Shown: positions 1 to 8,579, counted from the stretch's first letter. The stretch is 64,000 nucleotides of DNA from an uncultured Rhizobium sp. (GCA_964580715.1 CAZOKU010000001.1:17310-81309); one strand, 5' to 3'. Translations and numbers: made by a program. The notes: generated by a model from the sequence alone, not told the origin.

Positions 1-993
1 GCCAGAATTCACTTTCCTGGCAACTTCCACATTGATGTTCCGTGTTATTATGAAATTCCAGACACAAAAAAAACTGAACTTGCAACAGAAGCTAATATCT
101 GGGAAGACAGTGATCCTGAGATATTTTATAACTGGTTTCAAAATAGTTTTAGCGATTCAGAACGAGAGATAGCTAGAAGAATTATTAAATATACCAAGTG
201 TTGGTCAGGTATAAGCTTTGTGAATCAGAGGAAAAATGGAAGACCATCATCTATGTTGATTATGGTATTAGTTACTCAAGCTTTATTAGGTTTACCAAAA
301 AATATTTTTGAGCTTTGTGATGATGAAATATTAGCGGCTGTTCTTGGTAAAATTCTTCAAAGATTACAAAACTCATCAAAAGTAAATAATCCTGTAAATG
401 ATAAAGAATGTTTAAGTGACCGAATTAAGGAGTTTGATGTTTTTTTGTCTGAATTAGAATCCTTCGTAAAAATTGCATTTGATGCTTTAAATTGCTCAAG
501 CACTATTGATGCTCTGGCAAAATGGCAATTAGCTTTTCACCACTTTATTCCTATGTTAGATGAAGAGGAGACGGCTAAATCCATCAATAATTCTTTGGTG
601 CCTTACAGTTTTGATCCAACAATCGAAATAACTGCCAAATCTAATAATTCTATGATTGGTTCCGGAATTAATAAAATTGGACCAATACCAAAAAATTGTA
701 GCATTACTTTTCGGATTGCTAATGAATCTCAGATCCCCGTTGGTAGCTCTATTCAATGGACTGTAAGAAATTTTGGAAGTGATTCTGAATATGTAAACGA
801 TATTGGACATCTGGCTGGCAATTCTACAAGTGTTACAAGAAATTCCGCTTATAATGGAACCCATTACATGGATTGCCTTATCACTCGCAATAATCAGGTT
901 ATAGGCTCTAAGAGAGCTACGGTTGAAATTAAAGGAAATCCAATTCCTAAAAGGAATCCTCCTAAGCCAAAATGGGTTAAGTTTAAGAGATGA
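1..993 (+). CDS. cGAS/DncV-like (SMODS/CD-NTase-like) nucleotidyltransferase, 5' end outside window, with extra C-terminal domain
   Basis: Frame 1 is open from nt 1, so the GTG at 220 in the ORF track is not the true start. The translation ...NFHIDVPCYY...WEDSDPEIFYNWF...IARRIIKYTKCWSG...RPSSMLIMVLV...ALAKWQLAF follows the motif order I associate with the distal half of CD-NTases. The last ~140 aa (from about nt 570) are a beta-rich extension of unknown function. Confidence 0.5.
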   Translation, partial: ARIHFPGNFHIDVPCYYEIPDTKKTELATEANIWEDSDPEIFYNWFQNSFSDSEREIARRIIKYTKCWSGISFVNQRKNGRPSSMLIMVLVTQALLGLPKNIFELCDDEILAAVLGKILQRLQNSSKVNNPVNDKECLSDRIKEFDVFLSELESFVKIAFDALNCSSTIDALAKWQLAFHHFIPMLDEEETAKSINNSLVPYSFDPTIEITAKSNNSMIGSGINKIGPIPKNCSITFRIANESQIPVGSSIQWTVRNFGSDSEYVNDIGHLAGNSTSVTRNSAYNGTHYMDCLITRNNQVIGSKRATVEIKGNPIPKRNPPKPKWVKFKR

Positions 994-1040
994 AGGAGTC
1001 TTTATGATAATTAAAATTCTAATGATGAGGTATCTAGGAA

Positions 1041-4019
1041 ATGTCAAAAAATAGTAAATTTAACAAAGGATCAGATTGGAGACGATGGGATTTGCATGTT
1101 CACACCCCAGGAACAGCTTTGAATAACAATTATAGTGGCAACGATGCTGCGGTATGGGAAAAATTTATTAAAAAAATTGAAGAGCAGGAAAACGTTAAAG
1201 CTCTAGGTATTGCCGATTATTTATCTATCGAAGGATATAAAAAGGTTTTTGAATATAAAAAGAGCGGAAGGTTATCGAATATTGATCTTATAATTCCCAA
1301 TATCGAATTCAGGATTACGCCAGAAACCGAAAAATCCAAAGGAATAAATATACATATTCTCGTATCGCCTGAATTGGAAAATCATATTCAGATAATAGAG
1401 GAAAGCCTATCAAGACTGACTATTAAAATAAATGATCAACCTTTTGGCTGTTGTCGCAGCTCCTTTATAGCCATTGGTAAAAAAAGAGATAAGAATAGCA
1501 GTGATGAAGCCGCCTATAGAGAAGGAGTTAATCAATACAAAGTCGATTTTAGTTCTTTTCAAGAATGGTTTAAACAAGAACGTGTTTTACAGGAAAATAG
1601 CTTAATTGCTGTTTCCAACTCGACTAATGATGGCGTATCTGGATTACAAAAGGATAATGGATTTGCTGAAACCAGAGATCAGATTTACCGATTTACCGAT
1701 ATTATTTTTTCTGCGAGACCAAAGGATCGAGAATATTTTTTGGGAAAAGGCGCGGATAATCTGGATGTAATATGTGAAAAATATAAAGCCATTAAGCCAT
1801 GCTTACACGGATCAGATGCTCATTCGTTTGAAAAATTATTTGAGCCTGATGAAAAAAGATACTGCTGGATTAAAGCTGATTTAACATTTGAAGGATTAAA
1901 ACAGACTGTTATCGAGCCGGAAAGTCGTGTTTTTATAGGTGAAAAAGTTACTTCAGATAGCTTTCCTTCTCACGTAATAGATAAAATTCAAATTGATAAC
2001 GCCTTGTGGTTAAAAAATAATGCCATACCTCTGAATTCTGGTCTTGTTACAATAATTGGTGCTAGAGGTTCTGGAAAAACTGCTCTTGCCGACTTTATAG
2101 CTGTTGGAGGGTATTCCATGAATCAGCAAAAAAATGATCGCTCTTTTGTAAAAAGGGCAGAAGAAAAATTACGAGATGAATCAGTTAAACTTTTTTGGAA
2201 ATCGAAAGAAGAAACTTCAAATAATTTAAAAAGCATTGGTATTGAAGATATTTTATATGAGCCAAAGGTTCAGTATCTTTCTCAGCAGTTTGTTGATCAA
2301 TTATGCTCTGCCGATGGATTAACAAATGAGTTAATGAAAGAAATAGAGCGCGTTATTTTTGATTATCATAAACAAATAGATCGAAAAGGTGCCGAATCAT
2401 TTGATGAATTAATGGAGTTAGAATTATCTAGCGTAACAGAATCTAGAAAATTTCATGAAGACCAAATAAAAGATTATACAAACAACCTAAACATATTGCG
2501 CAGCAAAAAAGATAGTGTTCCAACCTCAAAGCAATCCCTGCAAAGCAAAAAAAAGACAATCGAAGAAGATAAAAAAAATAGACAGTCTTTAGTAGGAAAT
2601 GATCAAGAAAAACTCACCAAAGAATACGAAACTATTTCCAGTTTTTTGGATCAAATAAGAGTAAATTTAGAAAATGAAACTCGCAAAAAATCTTCTTTAG
2701 AAACCTTAAAAACGGTTACTGTTAACATTAAAAATAATGTTATTCCAAATTCTTTAAGAAAATTAAAACAAGAACATCCTGGAGTTAACCTCACAGAAGA
2801 TCAATGGGGAAAGTTTGAATTGAGTTTTAAAGGAGATGTGGAGCAGATATTGTCTGCAGAAATTTTAAAATCTGAAAAAATAATTACTTCTATTACTGGT
2901 ATGAAAGTTCCTGAAATCAAAGATGATCAACTAAAAGTTTCCATAATACTTCAAGACTCTGATTTATCAAAACAGAGCTATAATCTTTTAAAAGCAGAAC
3001 AAGGTAGAATTGAGAGATTGATTGGTATTGGAAAAGAAAATGCTGTAAAGCTCAGGAAAATTTCTGAAAAAATTACCAAAGATGAAGTTGCTTATACCAA
3101 GCTAGAAAATGAGATAAAAGAAGCTGAATCATCTGGTGAAAAAATAGCTGAATTGACGCGTTTAAGAAAAGAATCTTACAAGAACGTATTTGGGACTTTG
3201 GTGGAGCATGAAAAAATTCTAGAGAATCTTTATCAACCATTAATGGAAGGTATCAAAGATGATGAAGGCACATTAGGAAAATTAACATTTCATGTACAGA
3301 GATTCGTTGATATTGATGAATGGGTAAAAAGTGGGGAGAATTTGCTGGATTTAAGAAAAGGTACCACCTTTAGAAGAAAAGGCTCTCTTCATGAAATTGT
3401 TAAAAAATCCATACTTCCTGTTTGGCAAAAAGGATCGGCAGAAGATGTTGCAAATGCTATGGAAAAATTTTTAGAAGAATATACTAACTCACTACTGGAA
3501 TGCTCTCCAGTAGAAAAACAAGAAGCCAATTTATTTAGAGACTGGGCTAATAAAATTTCCGCGTGGCTTTACAGCACCGATCATATATCAATAAACTATG
3601 GTGTACAATATGATGGGGTCAGTATTCAACAGCTATCTCCAGGAACGAGAGGAATTGTTTTATTACTTTTGTATCTAGTTATCGATAAAGATGATTATCG
3701 ACCTCTTATAATAGACCAGCCAGAAGAAAATCTCGATCCAAAATCAATTTTTGATGAATTGGTGACAAGATTTCGTTCAGCAAAGCGAAAAAGGCAAATC
3801 ATAATAGTAACGCATAATGCAAATTTGGTTGTTAATACTGATGCTGAGCAAGTTATTGTAGCATCCTGCTTATCTCACCAACAAAACCAACTACCAGAGA
3901 TAGGTTATATATCTGGTAGTTTAGAAAATCCTGAGATTCGCAAGAAAGTCTGTGAAATATTGGAAGGTGGAGAAAAGGCATTTAAAGAAAGAGCAAAAAG
4001 ATTGCGAGTTTCTATGTAA
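1041..4019 (+). CDS. PHP-domain phosphoesterase fused to SMC/Rad50-like ABC ATPase (TrlF/PplA-like architecture)
   Basis: N-terminus has WDLHVHTPGT, NIEFRI, NIHILV and HGSDAHS, which are PHP metal-binding motifs. These are followed by Walker A GARGSGKT, a ~300-aa Lys/Glu-rich coiled-coil, signature-like QLSPGTRG, Walker B LIIDQPEENLD and H-loop IVTHNANL. A GAGGT SD-like sequence lies upstream, 47 nt after the preceding stop. Confidence 0.75.
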   Translation: MSKNSKFNKGSDWRRWDLHVHTPGTALNNNYSGNDAAVWEKFIKKIEEQENVKALGIADYLSIEGYKKVFEYKKSGRLSNIDLIIPNIEFRITPETEKSKGINIHILVSPELENHIQIIEESLSRLTIKINDQPFGCCRSSFIAIGKKRDKNSSDEAAYREGVNQYKVDFSSFQEWFKQERVLQENSLIAVSNSTNDGVSGLQKDNGFAETRDQIYRFTDIIFSARPKDREYFLGKGADNLDVICEKYKAIKPCLHGSDAHSFEKLFEPDEKRYCWIKADLTFEGLKQTVIEPESRVFIGEKVTSDSFPSHVIDKIQIDNALWLKNNAIPLNSGLVTIIGARGSGKTALADFIAVGGYSMNQQKNDRSFVKRAEEKLRDESVKLFWKSKEETSNNLKSIGIEDILYEPKVQYLSQQFVDQLCSADGLTNELMKEIERVIFDYHKQIDRKGAESFDELMELELSSVTESRKFHEDQIKDYTNNLNILRSKKDSVPTSKQSLQSKKKTIEEDKKNRQSLVGNDQEKLTKEYETISSFLDQIRVNLENETRKKSSLETLKTVTVNIKNNVIPNSLRKLKQEHPGVNLTEDQWGKFELSFKGDVEQILSAEILKSEKIITSITGMKVPEIKDDQLKVSIILQDSDLSKQSYNLLKAEQGRIERLIGIGKENAVKLRKISEKITKDEVAYTKLENEIKEAESSGEKIAELTRLRKESYKNVFGTLVEHEKILENLYQPLMEGIKDDEGTLGKLTFHVQRFVDIDEWVKSGENLLDLRKGTTFRRKGSLHEIVKKSILPVWQKGSAEDVANAMEKFLEEYTNSLLECSPVEKQEANLFRDWANKISAWLYSTDHISINYGVQYDGVSIQQLSPGTRGIVLLLLYLVIDKDDYRPLIIDQPEENLDPKSIFDELVTRFRSAKRKRQIIIVTHNANLVVNTDAEQVIVASCLSHQQNQLPEIGYISGSLENPEIRKKVCEILEGGEKAFKERAKRLRVSM

Positions 4020-4041
4020 TAAAAAATTAGAGAGGAAAGCT

Positions 4042-4992
4042 ATGCTTGGAAAATTAGAGAAAGTCGATTTACGCCAAATATGGCAGACTGAAGGACAAGG
4101 TTTTACGCCGTGGCTTGCGCGTGAGGAAAATTTGGAGATGCTTGGAGAAGTGATTGGAATTGAATTGGAACTTGAGGCGCAGGAAAAAGATGTGGGACCA
4201 TTTAGAGCGGATATTTTGTGTAAGAATACCGAAGATGACAGCTTGGTTTTAATCGAGAATCAGATTGAAAGAACTGATCATAAGCATCTTGGTCAGCTTT
4301 TGACTTACGCAGCTGGATTACAGTCTGTTACGATCGTTTGGGTGGCAGCGAAATTTACTGAAGAGCATCGTGCAGCACTTGATTGGCTTAATGAAATTAC
4401 AGATGAGAAGTTTCGTTTTTTTGGTTTAGAAGTGGAATTGTGGAAAATTGGTAATTCAGCAGCTGCGCCAAAGTTTAATGTGATTTCTAAGCCTAATAAT
4501 TGGAGCAAAACCGTTTCTCAGGCAGCAAAAGAGATTTTAGATCAAACGACCAGTGAAACCAAGCTTTTGCAATATCGTTATTGGGAAAAACTAACTGAAT
4601 ATCTTGAAGAAAATAAATCAAAGCTTCGTCCGCAAGATTCTCGTCCTAAGCATTGGCAAATTTTTACTATTGGTCGTAGCGGATTTCATTTAGCTGCGCT
4701 TTTAAATACGCGTGATAAGAAAATTGGAGTTGAGTTAGTGATTGTTGATAAGGATGAGGCAAAAGGATTTTATCATCTTTTAGCAAAAGATAAATCAGCA
4801 ATTGAAGCTGAAATTGGATGTGCTTTGGAATGGAGAGAAAATCCGGAAAAGATTCAATCAAAAATTGCTTTGTTTAAAAATTTTGATCCTACCAACGAAG
4901 CGAGCTGGCCATCTCAGCATGAATGGATGAAAAGTACGGTTGAAAAATTTGATACTGTTTTCAGAAAACGAGTTCGTTCTTTAGCTATCTGA
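4042..4992 (+). CDS. PD-(D/E)XK nuclease-like protein with DUF4268-type C-terminal domain
   Basis: Start chosen at ATG 4042, preceded by AGAGGAAAG. FRADILCK...LVLIENQIERTDHKHLGQLLTYAAG...IVWVAAKFTEEHRAALDWLN is the D...E-x-Q core plus conserved block of this family. The gene begins 22 nt after the ATPase stop. Confidence 0.7.
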   Translation: MLGKLEKVDLRQIWQTEGQGFTPWLAREENLEMLGEVIGIELELEAQEKDVGPFRADILCKNTEDDSLVLIENQIERTDHKHLGQLLTYAAGLQSVTIVWVAAKFTEEHRAALDWLNEITDEKFRFFGLEVELWKIGNSAAAPKFNVISKPNNWSKTVSQAAKEILDQTTSETKLLQYRYWEKLTEYLEENKSKLRPQDSRPKHWQIFTIGRSGFHLAALLNTRDKKIGVELVIVDKDEAKGFYHLLAKDKSAIEAEIGCALEWRENPEKIQSKIALFKNFDPTNEASWPSQHEWMKSTVEKFDTVFRKRVRSLAI

Positions 4993-5304
4993 TTTCAGCA
5001 TCACAAATCTAAATTCACCGCGCGTTGCAACAATTTTTAGATTCTTTTTCCCACATTCAAAATAACCAGTATATTTTTCATAATTTTTAATTGGCTCGCG
5101 TTCAAGAGTCAGAGTAAACAGATTAACTCCAGCGCTCTCAGTTTCTCTAAAATCTTTCAAATCATAAAATGATTTTTTGTCAGAAGTTTCTGCCATTAAG
5201 TTAACAGCCTCTTCAAAAACATCGATCAGTTTTTCAATTTCCTGATCAGTGCATTTTTTATTTCTGACATCCTCAATAAATCCCTTGTAAATTAATCGGT
5301 TCAT
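4981..5304 (-). CDS. hypothetical protein (107 aa) at distal end of lysis operon
   Basis: Only substantial ORF in this gap. It is convergent with the DUF4268 gene and overlaps it by 12 nt. No recognisable motif. Confidence 0.45.
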   Translation of the reverse strand: MNRLIYKGFIEDVRNKKCTDQEIEKLIDVFEEAVNLMAETSDKKSFYDLKDFRETESAGVNLFTLTLEREPIKNYEKYTGYFECGKKNLKIVATRGEFRFVMLKSDS

Positions 5305-5389
5305 AAACTTTTTTAAAAATTGCTAAAGTGTCACGACACCAATGAACCCTTCGTTTTAAACACTTATCAAGTGGAATGATTGAAAATCT

Positions 5390-5602
5390 TCACTTAGTGC
5401 AATGTTCCTCAAATTCTTGGTTAAAATTGTCGATTTGGCGCAAGGTTTCTTCGGACATTGTGTCGTATTCTTCTTGACTCAAAGTTATGGGATTTGCCCA
5501 CAAGCAAAAGCTATTTACGGATGTATTTTTGCATCCGGCGCTTAACATCAGAAATATCATCATGCTTGCGAATTTCCTGCCTCTTTTTGGATTCAATTGC
5601 AT
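5390..5602 (-). CDS. o-spanin (outer-membrane lipoprotein, Rz1/LysC-like)
   Basis: Start at internal ATG 5602 gives MQLNPKRGRKFASMMIFLMLSAGC, i.e. a basic n-region, a hydrophobic core and a lipobox-like LSAGC. The gene starts inside the i-spanin gene in another frame and extends beyond it (overlapped architecture). Confidence 0.6.
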   Translation of the reverse strand: MQLNPKRGRKFASMMIFLMLSAGCKNTSVNSFCLWANPITLSQEEYDTMSEETLRQIDNFNQEFEEHCTK

Positions 5603-5726
5603 CGCTAAAATTTTCTTCAATTTGAAATGATTTCTGAGATTTTTTGCCAAGGAGGTTTCCGATTGTGAAAATGGCTAGGACTGCACCAAGAGCTGCAATT
5701 ATTTTTCCTATTAAACTTTGAATCAT
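5511..5726 (-). CDS. i-spanin (Rz/LysB-like, N-terminal TM + charged helix)
   Basis: Has an N-terminal TM segment (LIGKIIAALGAVLAIFTIGNLL) followed by a highly charged region. It sits directly after the holin and overlaps the lipoprotein ORF. Confidence 0.6.
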   Translation of the reverse strand: MIQSLIGKIIAALGAVLAIFTIGNLLGKKSQKSFQIEENFSDAIESKKRQEIRKHDDISDVKRRMQKYIRK

Positions 5727-5968
5727 TCCTTTCTGCCTCTGATAACTTTTTCAAAAATACCAATTCCCAGCAAGCTGCTACCAGAGATTAAAAAAGTGTT
5801 AATAATTCCTAGCGCTGTATCAGCATCTTTTGCACCAATTCCAAGGCTGTAAAAAAACAAGATAATTGAAAACATAGTGCCAATAGAAAGAAGAATGGTT
5901 CCCCATAATCTTTTGGAAGACTTGTTGCCACTGGCATCTTGAAGATATTTGTTCGCCATTTTAATCAC
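5723..5968 (-). CDS. holin (two predicted TM helices)
   Basis: 81 aa with two hydrophobic helices and a charged C-terminus. It lies between the endolysin and the spanins, with overlapping start/stop codons on both sides. Confidence 0.6.
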   Translation of the reverse strand: MIKMANKYLQDASGNKSSKRLWGTILLSIGTMFSIILFFYSLGIGAKDADTALGIINTFLISGSSLLGIGIFEKVIRGRKE

Positions 5969-6350
5969 TCAACTCAAAATGAGGTAAATCAAAAAATTTC
6001 TGGTCTTTTAAATCATTATCACCATCCCAATCAGCGCCGCAGCGTATCTTGATTCCTAACTGATCTGCTGTTGCTTTAACATATCCGGCAAAGTGATAAA
6101 ATTTTTCTTTGTCATTCCAATTGATTGGAGCCGGTGCAGCATCAAGTGCAAGAGATGGTGTTTGATTATGTTTACCATCACTTTTAATCTTTGATTTTCC
6201 TTCTTTAAAAGCTTTTAGCTGATCTTGTTCTGATCTATATCCTTCAATGATTGTGCAGTCATAATTTTTTATAACTTCATGGAAGAGTTTTTGTAAATTT
6301 GGATGACAAGTAGATAGCTTTTCCAAAGAGGATTTAGAAAATTTTGGCAT
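5961..6350 (-). CDS. endolysin, M15-family L-alanyl-D-glutamate peptidase (T5 endolysin-like)
   Basis: Motifs align along the whole length with the T5-type peptidase pattern: IIEGYRSEQDQ, GKHNQTPSLALDAAP, INWND, GIKIRCGADWDGDND, DLPHFEL. Confidence 0.8.
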   Translation of the reverse strand: MPKFSKSSLEKLSTCHPNLQKLFHEVIKNYDCTIIEGYRSEQDQLKAFKEGKSKIKSDGKHNQTPSLALDAAPAPINWNDKEKFYHFAGYVKATADQLGIKIRCGADWDGDNDLKDQKFFDLPHFELSD

Positions 6351-6352
6351 TG

Positions 6353-6646
6353 TTATTTGATTTTAATATTGTTGCCGAGAAGCGCAATTATACCAGCGGT
6401 GAGAAGTGTCATAAAACCGATGAGGATGCACTTAAGAAAAATTCTGAAGCTATCCTTCCTTGCAACGCGAAAAGCTTTTAATAACTCTCGCAAATCTCTT
6501 ATATCTACAAAAGCGTTTTCATCATTCAATCCAAGTTCAGATAGAGCCATTCTAGAGCCTTTCTGAGACGCTTTTTGCAGCAATTCTTCAAGTTCGCTTT
6601 TTGAAATAATAAAATCGCGTAGTTCTTTTTTACTCTTTTTGCTCAT
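6353..6646 (-). CDS. phage membrane protein (C-terminal TM; possible holin partner)
   Basis: 97 aa with a charged helical N-terminus and the C-terminal TM segment ILIGFMTLLTAGIIALL. Located between gpD and the endolysin. Confidence 0.45.
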   Translation of the reverse strand: MSKKSKKELRDFIISKSELEELLQKASQKGSRMALSELGLNDENAFVDIRDLRELLKAFRVARKDSFRIFLKCILIGFMTLLTAGIIALLGNNIKIK

Positions 6647-7631
6647 TTTCTAATTTGGGAGTTGCTGTAAGTTGTGAAATAAAACCTTGATCACTTATGG
6701 AGTGAGTGACACTTTCAATAATGAATTTTTTATCCTGAAGATATTTTATTCCCTCAATCTGAATTTTGTTTTCTGCACTTAAAGCAGGATTGCCTGCAAG
6801 AGTTATGTTTAGTTTTTCCTTATCTTTTTGAAATTCGGCGAATTTAGCTGTTGCTGCACTCAAAGCTCTTTGCTTATCAGTGAATTTATATCTTAAATTA
6901 TATGCAGGATCACCGCTGCCAACAAAAACATCTTCTTCTTTACCGCTAGAAAAATTATGCCATTTAGCAATTACTTTCCCAAATTTTTCAAAGTCAGAAA
7001 TTTTTAAATTCCAACTCGATATTTCTGCTTTTGAAATTTTTATTAGTGGCAAATCAATTCCATTAACAGAGACACTTTTTCCTTTCTGAAAAAATAATAA
7101 TTTGCCTAATGTTAATTTGATAAAAGCGCCGTAGCGCAAGGATAAAGTAGTTAGAAATGATATATCACTTTCATCGGTTTGATCTATGTGACTGATATAT
7201 ATCTGATTAAAATATTCATCAATTACGCTGTTTAAATTATGTGAATTGGCAATTGCTGTGATAATTCCAACCAAGGTATAACCGTGCCACGATTTGCTTT
7301 TTGGTGCTTTTATTTGTTTTGTTAAATTTCTATCTAGTGCATTGTTTGCCTTGCTGGTTATTCGCATTTGCGAAGGTGGTGATGAAACTTCAATATCATC
7401 TACGATGTAGCTTCCCATTCTGCTTAATGGTTTGTTTTCATAACCAAAAAAAACTTCAAGCACTGAGCCACGCGAAGGGATTTCTAATTTTTCATCTCGA
7501 TTATCTAAAAGGATTTCGCAAGTGTCAGAAACCAAACCAGTTTCATCTGTGACATTGATCGAAACCAATCTTTGCGCTATTAACGCTGTGACATCTTTTT
7601 TATCTGCAATAATTTTAAATGCTGGATTCAC
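6630..7631 (-). CDS. tail protein, P2 gpD-like (late control D family)
   Basis: 333 aa, last gene of the tail module. The N-terminus (PAFKI...DVT...L.S..V.D..G..SD..E) and the position after gpU/gpX are typical of gpD. Confidence 0.85.
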   Translation of the reverse strand: MNPAFKIIADKKDVTALIAQRLVSINVTDETGLVSDTCEILLDNRDEKLEIPSRGSVLEVFFGYENKPLSRMGSYIVDDIEVSSPPSQMRITSKANNALDRNLTKQIKAPKSKSWHGYTLVGIITAIANSHNLNSVIDEYFNQIYISHIDQTDESDISFLTTLSLRYGAFIKLTLGKLLFFQKGKSVSVNGIDLPLIKISKAEISSWNLKISDFEKFGKVIAKWHNFSSGKEEDVFVGSGDPAYNLRYKFTDKQRALSAATAKFAEFQKDKEKLNITLAGNPALSAENKIQIEGIKYLQDKKFIIESVTHSISDQGFISQLTATPKLENEQKE

Positions 7632-7685
7632 TTAATTTTTATGCGATAATCTAATGGTTCATCAACCTGATTTTGAGGAAAATTT

Positions 7686-7853
7686 ATGGAATTATTTGTT
7701 GGCTTAGGCATTGCGCTGTTGTTTTTTGCTCTTGGCAGAGAATTAATCTGTTGGTATTTCAAGATTAACAAAATCGTTGGGCTGCTTCAGTCAATTGATA
7801 ACTCATTGCAAAGAAACTCAAAAAATAGCGATAATACTACGACCAAAGTTTAA
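7686..7853 (+). CDS. small membrane protein (55 aa), opposite-strand insert between gpD and gpX
   Basis: Below the ORF-track size cut-off. ATG 7686 is preceded by GAGGAAAATTT. Product is MELFVGLGIALLFFALGRELICWYFKINKIVGLLQSIDNSLQRNSKNSDNTTTKV, one TM helix plus a polar tail. Its 3' end overlaps the gpX 3' end by 17 nt, convergently. Confidence 0.4.
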   Translation: MELFVGLGIALLFFALGRELICWYFKINKIVGLLQSIDNSLQRNSKNSDNTTTKV

Positions 7854-8043
7854 CGCTTTCTGCTTCTGCTTCCTGAGCTAAATCTGGCAAAACAATTTTT
7901 ACTCCGGCGTTAAATATCGCGTCTGGTTCTGCCAAATGACGATTGGCTTCTAAAACTTTTTCTAGAACTCCTGAATTTTTGCCATAATATTTCCAGCAAA
8001 TTGCATCAAGCACATCTCCATCTTTTGTGATGTAGGTGATCAT
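7837..8043 (-). CDS. tail protein X (P2 gpX-like)
   Basis: MITYITKDGDVLDAICWKYYG...VLEANRHLAE...G.KIVLPD....ESVKLWS matches P2 gpX nearly motif for motif. Confidence 0.85.
   Translation of the reverse strand: MITYITKDGDVLDAICWKYYGKNSGVLEKVLEANRHLAEPDAIFNAGVKIVLPDLAQEAEAESVKLWS
8022..8043. repeat. 22-bp direct repeat copy 1 (CTTTTGTGATGTAGGTGATCAT = first 7 codons of gpX, reverse strand)
   Basis: Exact repeat of 8537..8558, read directly from the sequence. Confidence 0.95.
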
Positions 8044-8156
8044 ATTGGAATAAAATAATAAATTGATAATGCTATGGTTCGTATGGCCTGAAATCGTAGC
8101 AATGCAAGTTTTTATTCAAAAAATACAAATAATATTAACTCATACTCATTTAAAAC

Positions 8157-8525
8157 ATGAAAAAGAAATCAAAAAATTCTGGAGATGCAGCCGGAGCAAT
8201 TTTAATACTAATTGCTATAGCGGTATTAGTGGGGGTAATTTTTTCTGCAATTGTCTTTGCTCCAGCTATTGGCATAACCACAATAATTGATCTTATCAAA
8301 CCATTAAAATTGGGACAACTTTGGGGAACCGTCTTCACATCAACTATTTTGATTGCTGGGGGATTGCATTTTATAGCGAAGAAGAAGGCTTTAAAAATCT
8401 ATGTAATATCTGCTATTTCTATTTTTGTGATTTTAGGAATTTATACTCTTTTTGATCCAGAAAATATATTTTATGATGCCGTAAAAAGAATGTATCCATT
8501 CGTTTTTAAGACAGGTGGAAACTAA
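8157..8525 (+). CDS. multi-pass membrane protein (122 aa), opposite-strand insert
   Basis: Three to four hydrophobic helices after a basic N-terminus (MKKKSKNSG). It lies inside the 515-bp segment bracketed by the 22-bp repeat. Confidence 0.55.
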   Translation: MKKKSKNSGDAAGAILILIAIAVLVGVIFSAIVFAPAIGITTIIDLIKPLKLGQLWGTVFTSTILIAGGLHFIAKKKALKIYVISAISIFVILGIYTLFDPENIFYDAVKRMYPFVFKTGGN

Positions 8526-8536
8526 AACATAGCCGC

Positions 8537-8558
8537 CTTTTGTGATGTAGGTGATCAT
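8537..8558. repeat. 22-bp direct repeat copy 2 (orphan duplicate of the gpX 5' end)
   Basis: Identical to 8022..8043. The flanking bases differ on both sides. Confidence 0.95.
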
Positions 8559-8579
8559 TAATTAATCAGAATATTTGGT

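Noticed and set aside
220-993. ORF-track start (GTG 220) for the first gene
   Set aside because: The frame is open back to nt 1, and the upstream translation carries the nucleotidyltransferase motifs. The gene is truncated by the window rather than starting at 220.
556-1047. 163-aa minus-strand ORF antisense to the NTase-like gene
   Set aside because: Fully overlapped by a better-supported gene. No motifs and an odd composition.
3952-4041. N-terminal 30-codon extension of the DUF4268 ORF, overlapping the end of the PHP-ATPase gene
   Set aside because: ATG 4042 has a good SD (AGAGGAAAG), and the conserved family sequence starts there. The extension is just the ATPase 3' end read in another frame.
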